Assembly (NCBI GenBank): GCA_963668355.1
Contig: OY764265.1
Span: forward strand, 2,240,001 to 2,304,000
From: Bdellovibrionota bacterium
GTDB lineage: Bacteria; Bdellovibrionota_G; JALEGL01; DATDPG01
DNA length: 64,000 nt
Direction: 5' to 3'
Shown here: positions 55,600-64,000 of the stretch, one piece after another
Position numbering within the stretch: position 1 is the stretch's first letter
Layout: each line of letters opens with the position of its first letter
The notes under the pieces: generated by a model
The model's database searches: none
What the model was told of the DNA's origin: nothing
Seen by the model: only the letters and a program-made list of their open reading frames with translations
Position numbers and translations under genes: made by a program

Positions 55600-58500
55600 A
55601 TGGAAGATATTTTCAGCTTTTTTGAGAAACCCAAAGATCCTCTCTCTTTCAGAGCCGTTCATGTTGGGCTGGCCTCTGCAGATAAGGCTTTGAGTTGGTC
55701 TTATGGTGAAGTGAAGAAACCCGAGACGATCAACTACCGAACGTTCAAACCGGAACGAGATGGTTTGTTCTGTGCGAAAATTTTCGGACCCGTTAAAGAC
55801 TACGAATGCAACTGCGGAAAATACAAACGCATGAAACACCGAGGTGTCGTGTGTGAAAAGTGCGGCGTGGAAGTCATTCAGTCGAAAGTTCGAAGAGATC
55901 GCATGGGCCATATTAAATTGGCCACCCCGGTAGCTCACATTTGGTTTTTCAAATCCTTGCCAAGTCGCGTGGGAAACCTTTTGGATCTCACGCTCAAGGA
56001 GTTGGAGCGGGTTCTATATTATGAGTCCTACATTGTTACAGATCCCGGAACTTCGAAATTGAATCGAGGAGAGGTTCTGGCTGAAGCGAAATACCAGGAA
56101 GCGTTGGAAGAGTATGGTGTGGATTCCTTCCAGGTGGGAATGGGAGCTGCGGCGGTTAAGGAAGTCATTGAAGCCATGGACCTTCCTTCTCTTGCTAAAC
56201 AGCTTCGAACGGACTTGGCAGAAACCGGTTCAGAAGCAAAACGAAAGAAATTTGCGAAGCGGTTGAAAGTGATTACCTCCTTCATGGACTCTTCGAATAA
56301 GCCGGAGTGGATGATTTTGGATGTCGTTCCCGTACTTCCCCCGGATCTTCGACCTCTCGTGCCTTTGGATGGTGGTCGATTTGCGACATCGGACTTGAAC
56401 GATCTATATCGTCGGGTCATCAACCGAAACAATCGTCTCAAGAGATTGTTAGAGCTTAATGCGCCAGAGATCATTGTGCGGAATGAAAAGCGCATGTTGC
56501 AAGAGGCTGTGGATGCTCTTTTTGATAACGGCCGTCGCGGAAAAACCATAACAGGCCCCAATAAACGACCCTTAAAATCTCTTTCCGACATGATCAAAGG
56601 AAAGCAGGGTCGTTTTAGACAGAACTTGTTGGGTAAGCGCGTGGATTACTCTGGACGATCCGTAATCGTTGTGGGTCCTGAGCTTCGTTTGCATCAATGT
56701 GGTTTGCCTAAGCAAATGGCTTTGGAGCTTTTTAAGCCCTTCGTCTACAACAAGCTGGAAGAAAAAGGTTTTGTCACAACCGTAAAGGCAGCCAAAACCA
56801 TGGTTGAGGAGCAGGTGACGGAAGTTTGGGATGTCTTGGAAGAGGTCGTGAAGGAACATCCGGTTATGCTCAACCGAGCTCCGACATTGCACCGACTGGG
56901 TATTCAAGCTTTTGAACCCAAACTCATCGAGGGAAAAGCCATTCAGCTACATCCGTTGGTGTGTATGGCATTTAACGCCGACTTTGACGGTGACCAGATG
57001 GCTGTTCATGTTCCGTTGTCCATTGAGGCGCAGGTGGAAGCTCGCGTGCTCATGATGTCTACGAACAACATTCTTTCTCCGGCTCACGGAAAACCGATCA
57101 TTGTTCCTTCTCAGGACATCGTTTTGGGTCTTTATTACATCACCCGAGATGCGGACTTCGTAAAGGGTGAAGGAAAACTCTTTGCGAGCCCGGATGAAGT
57201 TCGCGTGGCCTATGATGCTGGAGAAGTGAACCTTCATGCAAAGATCGAAGTGCGCATTAGCGGAAAACGTGAAAAAACGACGGTGGGTCGCATCATTTTA
57301 AAGGAGATCGTTCCTTCTGAGCTTCCTTTTGAGTTGTACAACAAGGTCATGACCAAGAAATCTTTGGCCTCCTTGGTGGACCAATGCTTCCGTGTGTGTG
57401 GTCAGAAGAAAACCGTTCTTTTGGCTGACCGTTTGATGCAGCTTGGATTTGAGTTCTCAACGAAGGCTGGAATTTCAATTTGCATGGATGACATGGTCAT
57501 TCCTGAAGCCAAACAAAAACTCCTGGATGAAACCATTAAAGAAGTTCGCGACATTGAACAACAATACACCGATGGTTTGATCACCGATGGTGAGCGATAC
57601 AATAAGGTCATCGACATCTGGGCTCAGGTTTCTGAAAAGGTTGCCGGAGAGATGATGAAGGGTCTGGCTACGGCGGTGGTTGAAAATGAAAAAGGCGAAA
57701 AGCGAGAGAATGCCAGCTTCAACCCCATTTTTATGATGGCCGATTCTGGAGCTCGAGGCTCTGCTCAGCAGATGAGACAGTTGGCGGGTATGCGAGGTTT
57801 GATGGCGAAACCTTCGGGAGAAATCATCGAAACGCCCATTACAGCCAACTTTAAAGAAGGCTTAACCGTTCTCCAGTACTTCATCTCGACACACGGTGCT
57901 CGAAAGGGTTTGGCGGATACGGCTTTGAAGACCGCGAACTCCGGATATCTCACACGTCGATTGGTCGACGTGGCTCAAGATGCCGTTATCACAGGGTACG
58001 ATTGTGGAACCTTAGACGGTATTTTTGTCACCCCCTTGGTTGAAGGTGGAGAAATCATTGAGCCTTTGGGAGATCGAATTCTGGGACGCGTGACATTGGA
58101 AGATGTCATGGATCCATACACCGGAGAAGTTCTTGTCCCGGCCAATACCGAAATCGATGAACACTTTGTGAAGAAGATTGATTCTGCGGGCTTGGAAAAG
58201 GTCCGGATTCGTTCCGTGTTGACCTGTAAACAGCATCGAGGCATTTGTGCCCTTTGCTACGGCCGTGACTTGGCTCGAGGGCGAATGGTTAATGTTGGTG
58301 AAACCGTTGGCGTCATCGCGGCGCAATCCATCGGTGAGCCAGGTACTCAGTTGACCATGCGTACCTTCCACGTTGGTGGTACTGCTACAAGAAGGGCGGA
58401 GCAATCCACTTTAGAGGCGCGTAATGACGGTAAGGTGAAGTTCATCGAAATGAACGTCGTTCAAAACCGATTGGGAAAATACTCCGTCATGAATCGAAAC

Positions 58501-59781
58501 GGTGAAATCGCGATTGTGGACGAGAATGATCGAGAGCGTGAGCGCTATCGTGTTATTTATGGTGCTCAGTTGGCGGTGGCCGAAGGCGCGAAAGTGAAGG
58601 CGGGGCAGCTTTTGGCGGATTGGGATCCCTATACGATTCCGATCATTACGGAAGTCGGTGGAAAAATCGGCTTCAACGATATTACCGAAGGCATGACGAT
58701 GCAGGATCAAGTGGATGCTGTGACGGGGCTCTCCCGGCGCGTCATCATTGAATCTCGTGATCCGGATGCCCGGCCACGTGTTTCGGTTGTGGATGGTGAT
58801 GGAAACCCCATTAAATTGAAGTATTCCACGGGTGAGGCCAGTTATATGCTTCCGGTTGGCGCCATTTTAATGGTTGGAAATGATGAGGACGTGGTTCCGG
58901 GTGACATCATCGCTCGAATTCCTCGAGAAACGACCAAAACCAAAGACATCACTGGTGGTTTGCCCCGTGTTGCCGAGCTTTTTGAGGCACGAAAGCCCAA
59001 AGAGATTGCTGTTATTTCGGAAATCGATGGCGTGGTCTCCTTTGGTGCCGATACCAAGGGCAAACGAAAAGTCATTGTGACTCCGGATGTGGGCGAGCCT
59101 CGGGAGTATTTGATCCCCAAAGGAAAGCATATTTCCGTATTGGAAGGCGATCACGTGCGAGCTGGAGAGCATCTGATGGATGGTTCGGCTAACCCACATG
59201 ACATTTTGCGCGTGTTGGGTGAAAAAGAGCTGGCTAAATACCTCGTGGATGAGGTGCAAGAGGTCTACCGATTGCAAGGCGTTAAAATCAATGACAAACA
59301 CATTGAAACCATTGTGCGCCAAATGCTTCGGAAGATCCGAATCACAGATCCTGGGGATACCACCTTCTTGCCGGGTGATCAGGTGAATAAGCCGGTCTTT
59401 AACGAGGCCAACGAAAAAGCCGTGGCTGAGGGTGGAAAACCCGCCACTGCTGAACCCATGCTTTTGGGAATCACCCGAGCCTCCTTGTCGACGGAATCGT
59501 TCCTTTCTGCGGCTTCCTTCCAAGAGACCACGAAGGTCTTCACCGAAGCGGCCATTTGCGGAAAAATCGATCATTTACGGGGACTTAAAGAGAACATGAT
59601 CATGGGCCGACTGCTGCCTGCAGGAACGGGAGTTCCTCATTATCGTTCTCGGGGTATTAAAGTGCTCGAAGAGGATTTGGGCGTTGGGCTCCCGGAAGAG
59701 GCTGTAAATGGGGAGGCTGAAGCGGCGCCTCCACTTTCCATGGCCCAATTGATCGAAGAGGAGCGTTTGAGGGCGAAATAG
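55600..59781 (+). CDS. rpoC: RNA polymerase beta' subunit
   Basis: NADFDGD; Zn-finger CNCGKYK; ASFQETT. Confidence 0.99.
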   Translation: MEDIFSFFEKPKDPLSFRAVHVGLASADKALSWSYGEVKKPETINYRTFKPERDGLFCAKIFGPVKDYECNCGKYKRMKHRGVVCEKCGVEVIQSKVRRDRMGHIKLATPVAHIWFFKSLPSRVGNLLDLTLKELERVLYYESYIVTDPGTSKLNRGEVLAEAKYQEALEEYGVDSFQVGMGAAAVKEVIEAMDLPSLAKQLRTDLAETGSEAKRKKFAKRLKVITSFMDSSNKPEWMILDVVPVLPPDLRPLVPLDGGRFATSDLNDLYRRVINRNNRLKRLLELNAPEIIVRNEKRMLQEAVDALFDNGRRGKTITGPNKRPLKSLSDMIKGKQGRFRQNLLGKRVDYSGRSVIVVGPELRLHQCGLPKQMALELFKPFVYNKLEEKGFVTTVKAAKTMVEEQVTEVWDVLEEVVKEHPVMLNRAPTLHRLGIQAFEPKLIEGKAIQLHPLVCMAFNADFDGDQMAVHVPLSIEAQVEARVLMMSTNNILSPAHGKPIIVPSQDIVLGLYYITRDADFVKGEGKLFASPDEVRVAYDAGEVNLHAKIEVRISGKREKTTVGRIILKEIVPSELPFELYNKVMTKKSLASLVDQCFRVCGQKKTVLLADRLMQLGFEFSTKAGISICMDDMVIPEAKQKLLDETIKEVRDIEQQYTDGLITDGERYNKVIDIWAQVSEKVAGEMMKGLATAVVENEKGEKRENASFNPIFMMADSGARGSAQQMRQLAGMRGLMAKPSGEIIETPITANFKEGLTVLQYFISTHGARKGLADTALKTANSGYLTRRLVDVAQDAVITGYDCGTLDGIFVTPLVEGGEIIEPLGDRILGRVTLEDVMDPYTGEVLVPANTEIDEHFVKKIDSAGLEKVRIRSVLTCKQHRGICALCYGRDLARGRMVNVGETVGVIAAQSIGEPGTQLTMRTFHVGGTATRRAEQSTLEARNDGKVKFIEMNVVQNRLGKYSVMNRNGEIAIVDENDRERERYRVIYGAQLAVAEGAKVKAGQLLADWDPYTIPIITEVGGKIGFNDITEGMTMQDQVDAVTGLSRRVIIESRDPDARPRVSVVDGDGNPIKLKYSTGEASYMLPVGAILMVGNDEDVVPGDIIARIPRETTKTKDITGGLPRVAELFEARKPKEIAVISEIDGVVSFGADTKGKRKVIVTPDVGEPREYLIPKGKHISVLEGDHVRAGEHLMDGSANPHDILRVLGEKELAKYLVDEVQEVYRLQGVKINDKHIETIVRQMLRKIRITDPGDTTFLPGDQVNKPVFNEANEKAVAEGGKPATAEPMLLGITRASLSTESFLSAASFQETTKVFTEAAICGKIDHLRGLKENMIMGRLLPAGTGVPHYRSRGIKVLEEDLGVGLPEEAVNGEAEAAPPLSMAQLIEEERLRAK

Positions 59782-59858
59782 AGCCAAAAAAAGGCCTTAA
59801 ACCCTTGACAAGACTTAAAAAAATCATTATCTAGCCGAAACTATTTTTGAGATGAACT

Positions 59859-60227
59859 ATGCCGACAATTAATCAGTTAGTAAGAAAAGGCCGAACGAAG
59901 CAAGTCCCGAAGACGGGTTCTCCGGCTCTTAAAAAGTCTCCGCAGCGCAGGGGCGTATGTACCCGCGTGTATACCGCCACCCCCAAAAAGCCGAATTCGG
60001 CTTTGCGGAAAGTGGCTCGTGTTCGTCTTACAAATGGTTTTGAGGTTACCTCTTATATTCCTGGAGAGGGGCATAACCTTCAAGAACACTCCGTCGTGCT
60101 GGTGCGCGGAGGAAGAGTAAAAGATCTTCCAGGAGTTCGATATCACATCGTACGTGGAACGCTGGATTCCGTTGGCGTGCAAAGCCGCAAACGATCTCGC
60201 TCCAAGTACGGCGCGAAAAAAAGTTAA
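59859..60227 (+). CDS. rpsL: 30S ribosomal protein S12
   Basis: [21 protein letters not shown]. Confidence 0.99.
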   Translation: MPTINQLVRKGRTKQVPKTGSPALKKSPQRRGVCTRVYTATPKKPNSALRKVARVRLTNGFEVTSYIPGEGHNLQEHSVVLVRGGRVKDLPGVRYHIVRGTLDSVGVQSRKRSRSKYGAKKS

Positions 60228-60305
60228 CCGGTATAACTCCTCTGTCTTAGAGGGGAGTTGAGAAGGTGCGGGGATCCTTCCCCGTAAATAAGGAGTAGCG
60301 AGGAT

Positions 60306-60776
60306 ATGCCACGAAGGCGAGATATACCCAAGCGCGAAGTTGCGCCTGACCCTAAGTTTAACGATCGGGTTGTGGCCCGATTTGTCAATCGAGTCATGAA
60401 AGGTGGAAAAAAATCCACGGCCGAGCGAGTGATCTATGGTGCGTTCGACATCATTGCCGAGCGAATCAAGGATGATCCTTTGCGTGTTTTTAAGCGAGCC
60501 TTGGAAAACGTGAAGCCTACGGTTGAGACGAAGAGTCGACGTGTTGGCGGTGCCAACTACCAAGTGCCCGTAGAAGTTCGTCCGGGTCGTCGAGAGGCTC
60601 TCGGTTTTCGATGGATCATGACCTATGCCACATCCCGTCCCGGAAAGTCATTGAGTGAGCGTCTAGCTGACGAAATCATTGATGCCTATCACAACCGCGG
60701 AGCTGCCATTAAAAAGCGTGACGATGTTCATAAAATGGCAGAGTCGAACCGGGCTTTTGCACACTACCGTTGGTAA
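60306..60776 (+). CDS. rpsG: 30S ribosomal protein S7
   Basis: [26 protein letters not shown]. Confidence 0.99.
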   Translation: MPRRRDIPKREVAPDPKFNDRVVARFVNRVMKGGKKSTAERVIYGAFDIIAERIKDDPLRVFKRALENVKPTVETKSRRVGGANYQVPVEVRPGRREALGFRWIMTYATSRPGKSLSERLADEIIDAYHNRGAAIKKRDDVHKMAESNRAFAHYRW

Positions 60777-60794
60777 GAGAGTTGGAGTTCGGTC

Positions 60795-62873
60795 ATGCGT
60801 GTTCCATTAAGTAAGTTTCGAAATATCGGAATCATTGCTCACATTGATGCGGGCAAGACGACGACGACCGAGCGAGTCCTCTATTATACGGGGAAGTCCC
60901 ACAAGATCGGAGAGGTGCACGAAGGTACCGCTACGATGGATTGGATGGAGCAAGAGCAGGAACGTGGGATTACGATCACATCGGCTGCGACCACCTGCGT
61001 GTGGAACCAACATCGAATCAACATCATTGATACCCCTGGACATGTGGATTTTACCGTTGAGGTTGAGCGTGCGTTGCGCGTTTTAGACGGAGCGGTGGGT
61101 GTCTTTGACGGCGTTGCTGGAGTCGAGCCTCAGAGTGAAACGGTTTGGAGACAGGCCGATAAGTATGATGTCCCACGGTTGGCGTTTGTAAACAAAATGG
61201 ACCGTATGGGCGCCGATTTTGAGATGTGTGTGGAGCAGATGATCAAACGTCTCAATGCCAATCCACTTCCTCTGCAGATTCCCTTGGGCGTGGAAGATCG
61301 CCATGAGGGTGTTGTCGATCTGGTAAAGATGAAGGCGTATAAATTTCGCAGCGAAAACTTGGGCGCTGAGTTTGAAACAATCGAGATTCCTTCCGAACAT
61401 CAAGAGTTGGCTGAAAAATGGCGAGAGAAAATGTTTGAGTCGCTTGCCGAAGTGGATGACCAGCTCATGGAGCTTTATCTGGATGGGAAAGAAATTCCTG
61501 AAAAGATGGTCACCGATGCCATTCGAAAGGGAACCATCGAGCTTAAGTTGACCCCCGTTCTTTGTGGGTCGGCGTTCAAGAACAAGGGTGTTCAGCAGCT
61601 TTTGGATGCCGTGGTCGCTTTCCTTCCGTCTCCTTTGGATATTCCTCCGATGAAAGGTGTGTCCACGAAAGATGAGACACAGGAGATTGTTCGAAAACCG
61701 GATCCGGAAGAGCCTTTTTCTGCTTTGGCTTTCAAAATCATGACCGACCCGTATGTGGGTCAGTTGACGTTTTTACGTGTTTATTCCGGAAAAGTAGATG
61801 CCGGTGGAATGGTTTATAACCCCATCCGGAACAAAAAAGAACGAATTGGGCGCATTCTTCTCATGCACGCAAATAAGAGAGAAGAGCGGGATTTTGCTCA
61901 AGCGGGTGAAATTGTTGCGGCGGTTGGGCTGAAGACGGCCTTAACCGGAGACACTTTGTGCGCAATTAGTCATCCTGTTCTTTTGGAGTCGATTGTTTTT
62001 CCTGAACCTGTGATGCAAATCGCAATTGAGCCGAAAACGAAGGCCGACCAAGAAAAAATGGGAGACGCCTTATTTAAGTTGGCTCAGGAAGATCCCTCTT
62101 TCAGAATCAAGACGGATGAAGAAACGGGCCAAACCCTCATTTCAGGAATGGGGGAGTTGCACTTGGAAATTATCGTGGATCGCATGGTTCGTGAGTTCAA
62201 GGTGGAAGCCAACGTTGGAAAACCTCAGGTTTCCTATCGAGAGGCCATTACCCAAAAGGTGAGTTCAGAGGGAAAATTTGTTCGGCAGTCCGGTGGACGA
62301 GGTCAGTATGGCCATGTTTATTTGGATATTGAGCCGATTCAAGGAGACTCGGAATTCGTTTTCGAGCAAACGGTCAAAGGGGGAAATGTTCCTCGGGAAT
62401 ATTTTAAACCCATTGAGCAAGGTGTTCGTGAGGCCATGGATAATGGTGTGTTAGCGGGATATCCTCTTGTGGATGTTAAGGTCACACTTACCGATGGCTC
62501 CTATCACGAAGTAGATTCCTCCGAAATGGCCTTCAAAATTGCTGGATCCATTGGGTTTAAAGAAGGCGTAAAAAAAGCCAAACCCATTCTAATGGAGCCC
62601 ATCATGAAGGCGGAAGTGGTGGTTCCAGAAGACTACCTGTCCAATGTGATTGGTGATTTGAACTCTCGTCGGGCCAAAATTGTTGGAATGGAAGCCCGCT
62701 CGGGAACGCAGTTAATTCGAGCGGAGGTTCCTTTGGCAGAGATGTTTGGATATGCCACCGATCTTCGTTCCGTAACTCAAGGAAGAGCGAGTTACACCAT
62801 GGAATTTGATTCTTATTCACCCGTGCCTGCACAGGTGAGTGAAGAGATTATTGCAAAATATAAAGGGATGTAA
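60795..62873 (+). CDS. fusA: Elongation factor G
   Basis: [28 protein letters not shown]. Confidence 0.99.
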   Translation: MRVPLSKFRNIGIIAHIDAGKTTTTERVLYYTGKSHKIGEVHEGTATMDWMEQEQERGITITSAATTCVWNQHRINIIDTPGHVDFTVEVERALRVLDGAVGVFDGVAGVEPQSETVWRQADKYDVPRLAFVNKMDRMGADFEMCVEQMIKRLNANPLPLQIPLGVEDRHEGVVDLVKMKAYKFRSENLGAEFETIEIPSEHQELAEKWREKMFESLAEVDDQLMELYLDGKEIPEKMVTDAIRKGTIELKLTPVLCGSAFKNKGVQQLLDAVVAFLPSPLDIPPMKGVSTKDETQEIVRKPDPEEPFSALAFKIMTDPYVGQLTFLRVYSGKVDAGGMVYNPIRNKKERIGRILLMHANKREERDFAQAGEIVAAVGLKTALTGDTLCAISHPVLLESIVFPEPVMQIAIEPKTKADQEKMGDALFKLAQEDPSFRIKTDEETGQTLISGMGELHLEIIVDRMVREFKVEANVGKPQVSYREAITQKVSSEGKFVRQSGGRGQYGHVYLDIEPIQGDSEFVFEQTVKGGNVPREYFKPIEQGVREAMDNGVLAGYPLVDVKVTLTDGSYHEVDSSEMAFKIAGSIGFKEGVKKAKPILMEPIMKAEVVVPEDYLSNVIGDLNSRRAKIVGMEARSGTQLIRAEVPLAEMFGYATDLRSVTQGRASYTMEFDSYSPVPAQVSEEIIAKYKGM

Positions 62874-62890
62874 GGACACAGAGGTAAATT

Positions 62891-63211
62891 ATGCCGCAAG
62901 AAGAGAAAATTAGAATTCAACTCAAAGCGTATGACTACTATCAGTTGGATCAGTCGACAGCGGAAATTGTAGAAACGGCACGTCGAACGGGAGCTCGCGT
63001 TTCGGGCCCGATTCCCCTTCCAACCAAGATCAATCGATATTGTGTGCTTCGATCCCCCCACACGGACAAGAAGTCTCGTGAGCATTTTGAAATTCGAACC
63101 CACAAACGTTTGTTAGACATTCTGGAGCCTACCGAGCAGACCATCGATTCTTTGATGAAGTTAGATTTGGCCGCGGGTGTGGATGTCGAGATTAAGAGTT
63201 ATCGGGAGTAA
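62891..63211 (+). CDS. rpsJ: 30S ribosomal protein S10
   Basis: [22 protein letters not shown]. Confidence 0.98.
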   Translation: MPQEEKIRIQLKAYDYYQLDQSTAEIVETARRTGARVSGPIPLPTKINRYCVLRSPHTDKKSREHFEIRTHKRLLDILEPTEQTIDSLMKLDLAAGVDVEIKSYRE

Positions 63212-63214
63212 ACC

Positions 63215-63838
63215 ATGGCTATGAAAACCAAAATGGTAGATCAGACAGGTAAAGATTCAGGAGAGGCTACTCTTCCTGAATCTGTGTTTGGCGTGGCGAT
63301 CCGTGAACATTTGATGTTTGACGTGGTCAATGCCCAGCGTGCGGGATGGAGGCAGGGAACCGCAAAAGTGAAGGAGCGATCCGAGGTTCGAGGTGGAGGT
63401 AAAAAACCATTTCGACAAAAAGGTACCGGTAGTGCCCGTCAGGGATCCAACCGATCTCCTTTGATGCCCGGTGGTGGAACCATTTTTGGTCCGCGCCCGA
63501 GAGATTTTTCGCAAAGCCTTCCCAAAAAGGTCCGTCAAGAAGCCTTGCGTGTGGCATTGAGTCAGGCTCAAAGTGGCGGAAAGGTATTTGTTGTGAAGGA
63601 TTTTTCGTTTGAAAAACCCAAAACGAAAGCCGTTCGCTCGCTTTTGGAACAGCTTAAAGTTGAAAAGGCTTTGTTTGTGGATTCTGGGAATGAAAATCTC
63701 GGAAAATCCGTTCGAAATTTGCCGAAGGCAAAATATTTGGATGAGCGCGTGCTCAACGTCTTTGACATTCTTAAATATGACAATGTTGTGATGTCGAGCA
63801 AGGCTCTCGAGCAAGTAGAAAAGAGGTTGGGAAAATGA
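63215..63838 (+). CDS. rplD: 50S ribosomal protein L4
   Basis: [36 protein letters not shown]. Confidence 0.97.
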   Translation: MAMKTKMVDQTGKDSGEATLPESVFGVAIREHLMFDVVNAQRAGWRQGTAKVKERSEVRGGGKKPFRQKGTGSARQGSNRSPLMPGGGTIFGPRPRDFSQSLPKKVRQEALRVALSQAQSGGKVFVVKDFSFEKPKTKAVRSLLEQLKVEKALFVDSGNENLGKSVRNLPKAKYLDERVLNVFDILKYDNVVMSSKALEQVEKRLGK

Positions 63839-64000
63839 CAACCGATTTGATGAAAATCATTCGACGTCCGGTCGTGACGGAGAAAAGCACCTTATTAAAG
63901 GAAGCTTCGAATCAGGTTGTATTCGAAGTGAGCCGAAAAGCCAGCAAACCCGCCATCAAATTGGCTGTGGAAAAGGCTTTCAATGTAAAGGTTGAAAACG
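63835..64000 (+). CDS. rplW: 50S ribosomal protein L23 (partial)
   Basis: ATGA overlap with rpl[19 protein letters not shown]...[18 protein letters not shown]. Confidence 0.95.
   Translation, partial: MTTDLMKIIRRPVVTEKSTLLKEASNQVVFEVSRKASKPAIKLAVEKAFNVKVEN

Overview
Bacterial chromosomal window, probably from a Bdellovibrionota/Myxococcota-like (former deltaproteobacterial) lineage. This is inferred from myxobacterial-type PilZ, HEAT/HD-GYP and CTERM-like proteins and sigma-54 promoters. Positions 1-46,000 are a mixed accessory/housekeeping region: a translationally coupled GT2 + TPR/beta-barrel + lipoprotein deacetylase polysaccharide operon, a TPP riboswitch-thiN-symporter unit, a Crp/Fnr nitrosative-stress-like module, pckA, gpmA, a UGA-containing UxxC selenoprotein candidate missed by the ORF track, copA, smpB, purM, a zinc-peptidase/ATP-grasp pair and two decayed genes. 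Positions 46,179-64,000 hold the core tRNA-tuf-rpmG-secE-nusG-rplKAJL-rpoBC-rpsLG-fusA-rpsJ-rplD-rplW cluster, in which rplC is absent and EF-Tu has an atypical switch I. The most novel signals are non-coding: (i) two 72-nt rod-like elements (7480-7551 + and 40958-41029 -) with conserved ends and a 20-nt identical loop but unrelated self-complementary 17-nt arms; (ii) a 99-nt G-rich structured repeat in two copies with compensatory changes; (iii) a 209-nt MITE-like element with 26-bp perfect terminal inverted repeats. Family assignments come from motif recognition by eye; no database search was run.
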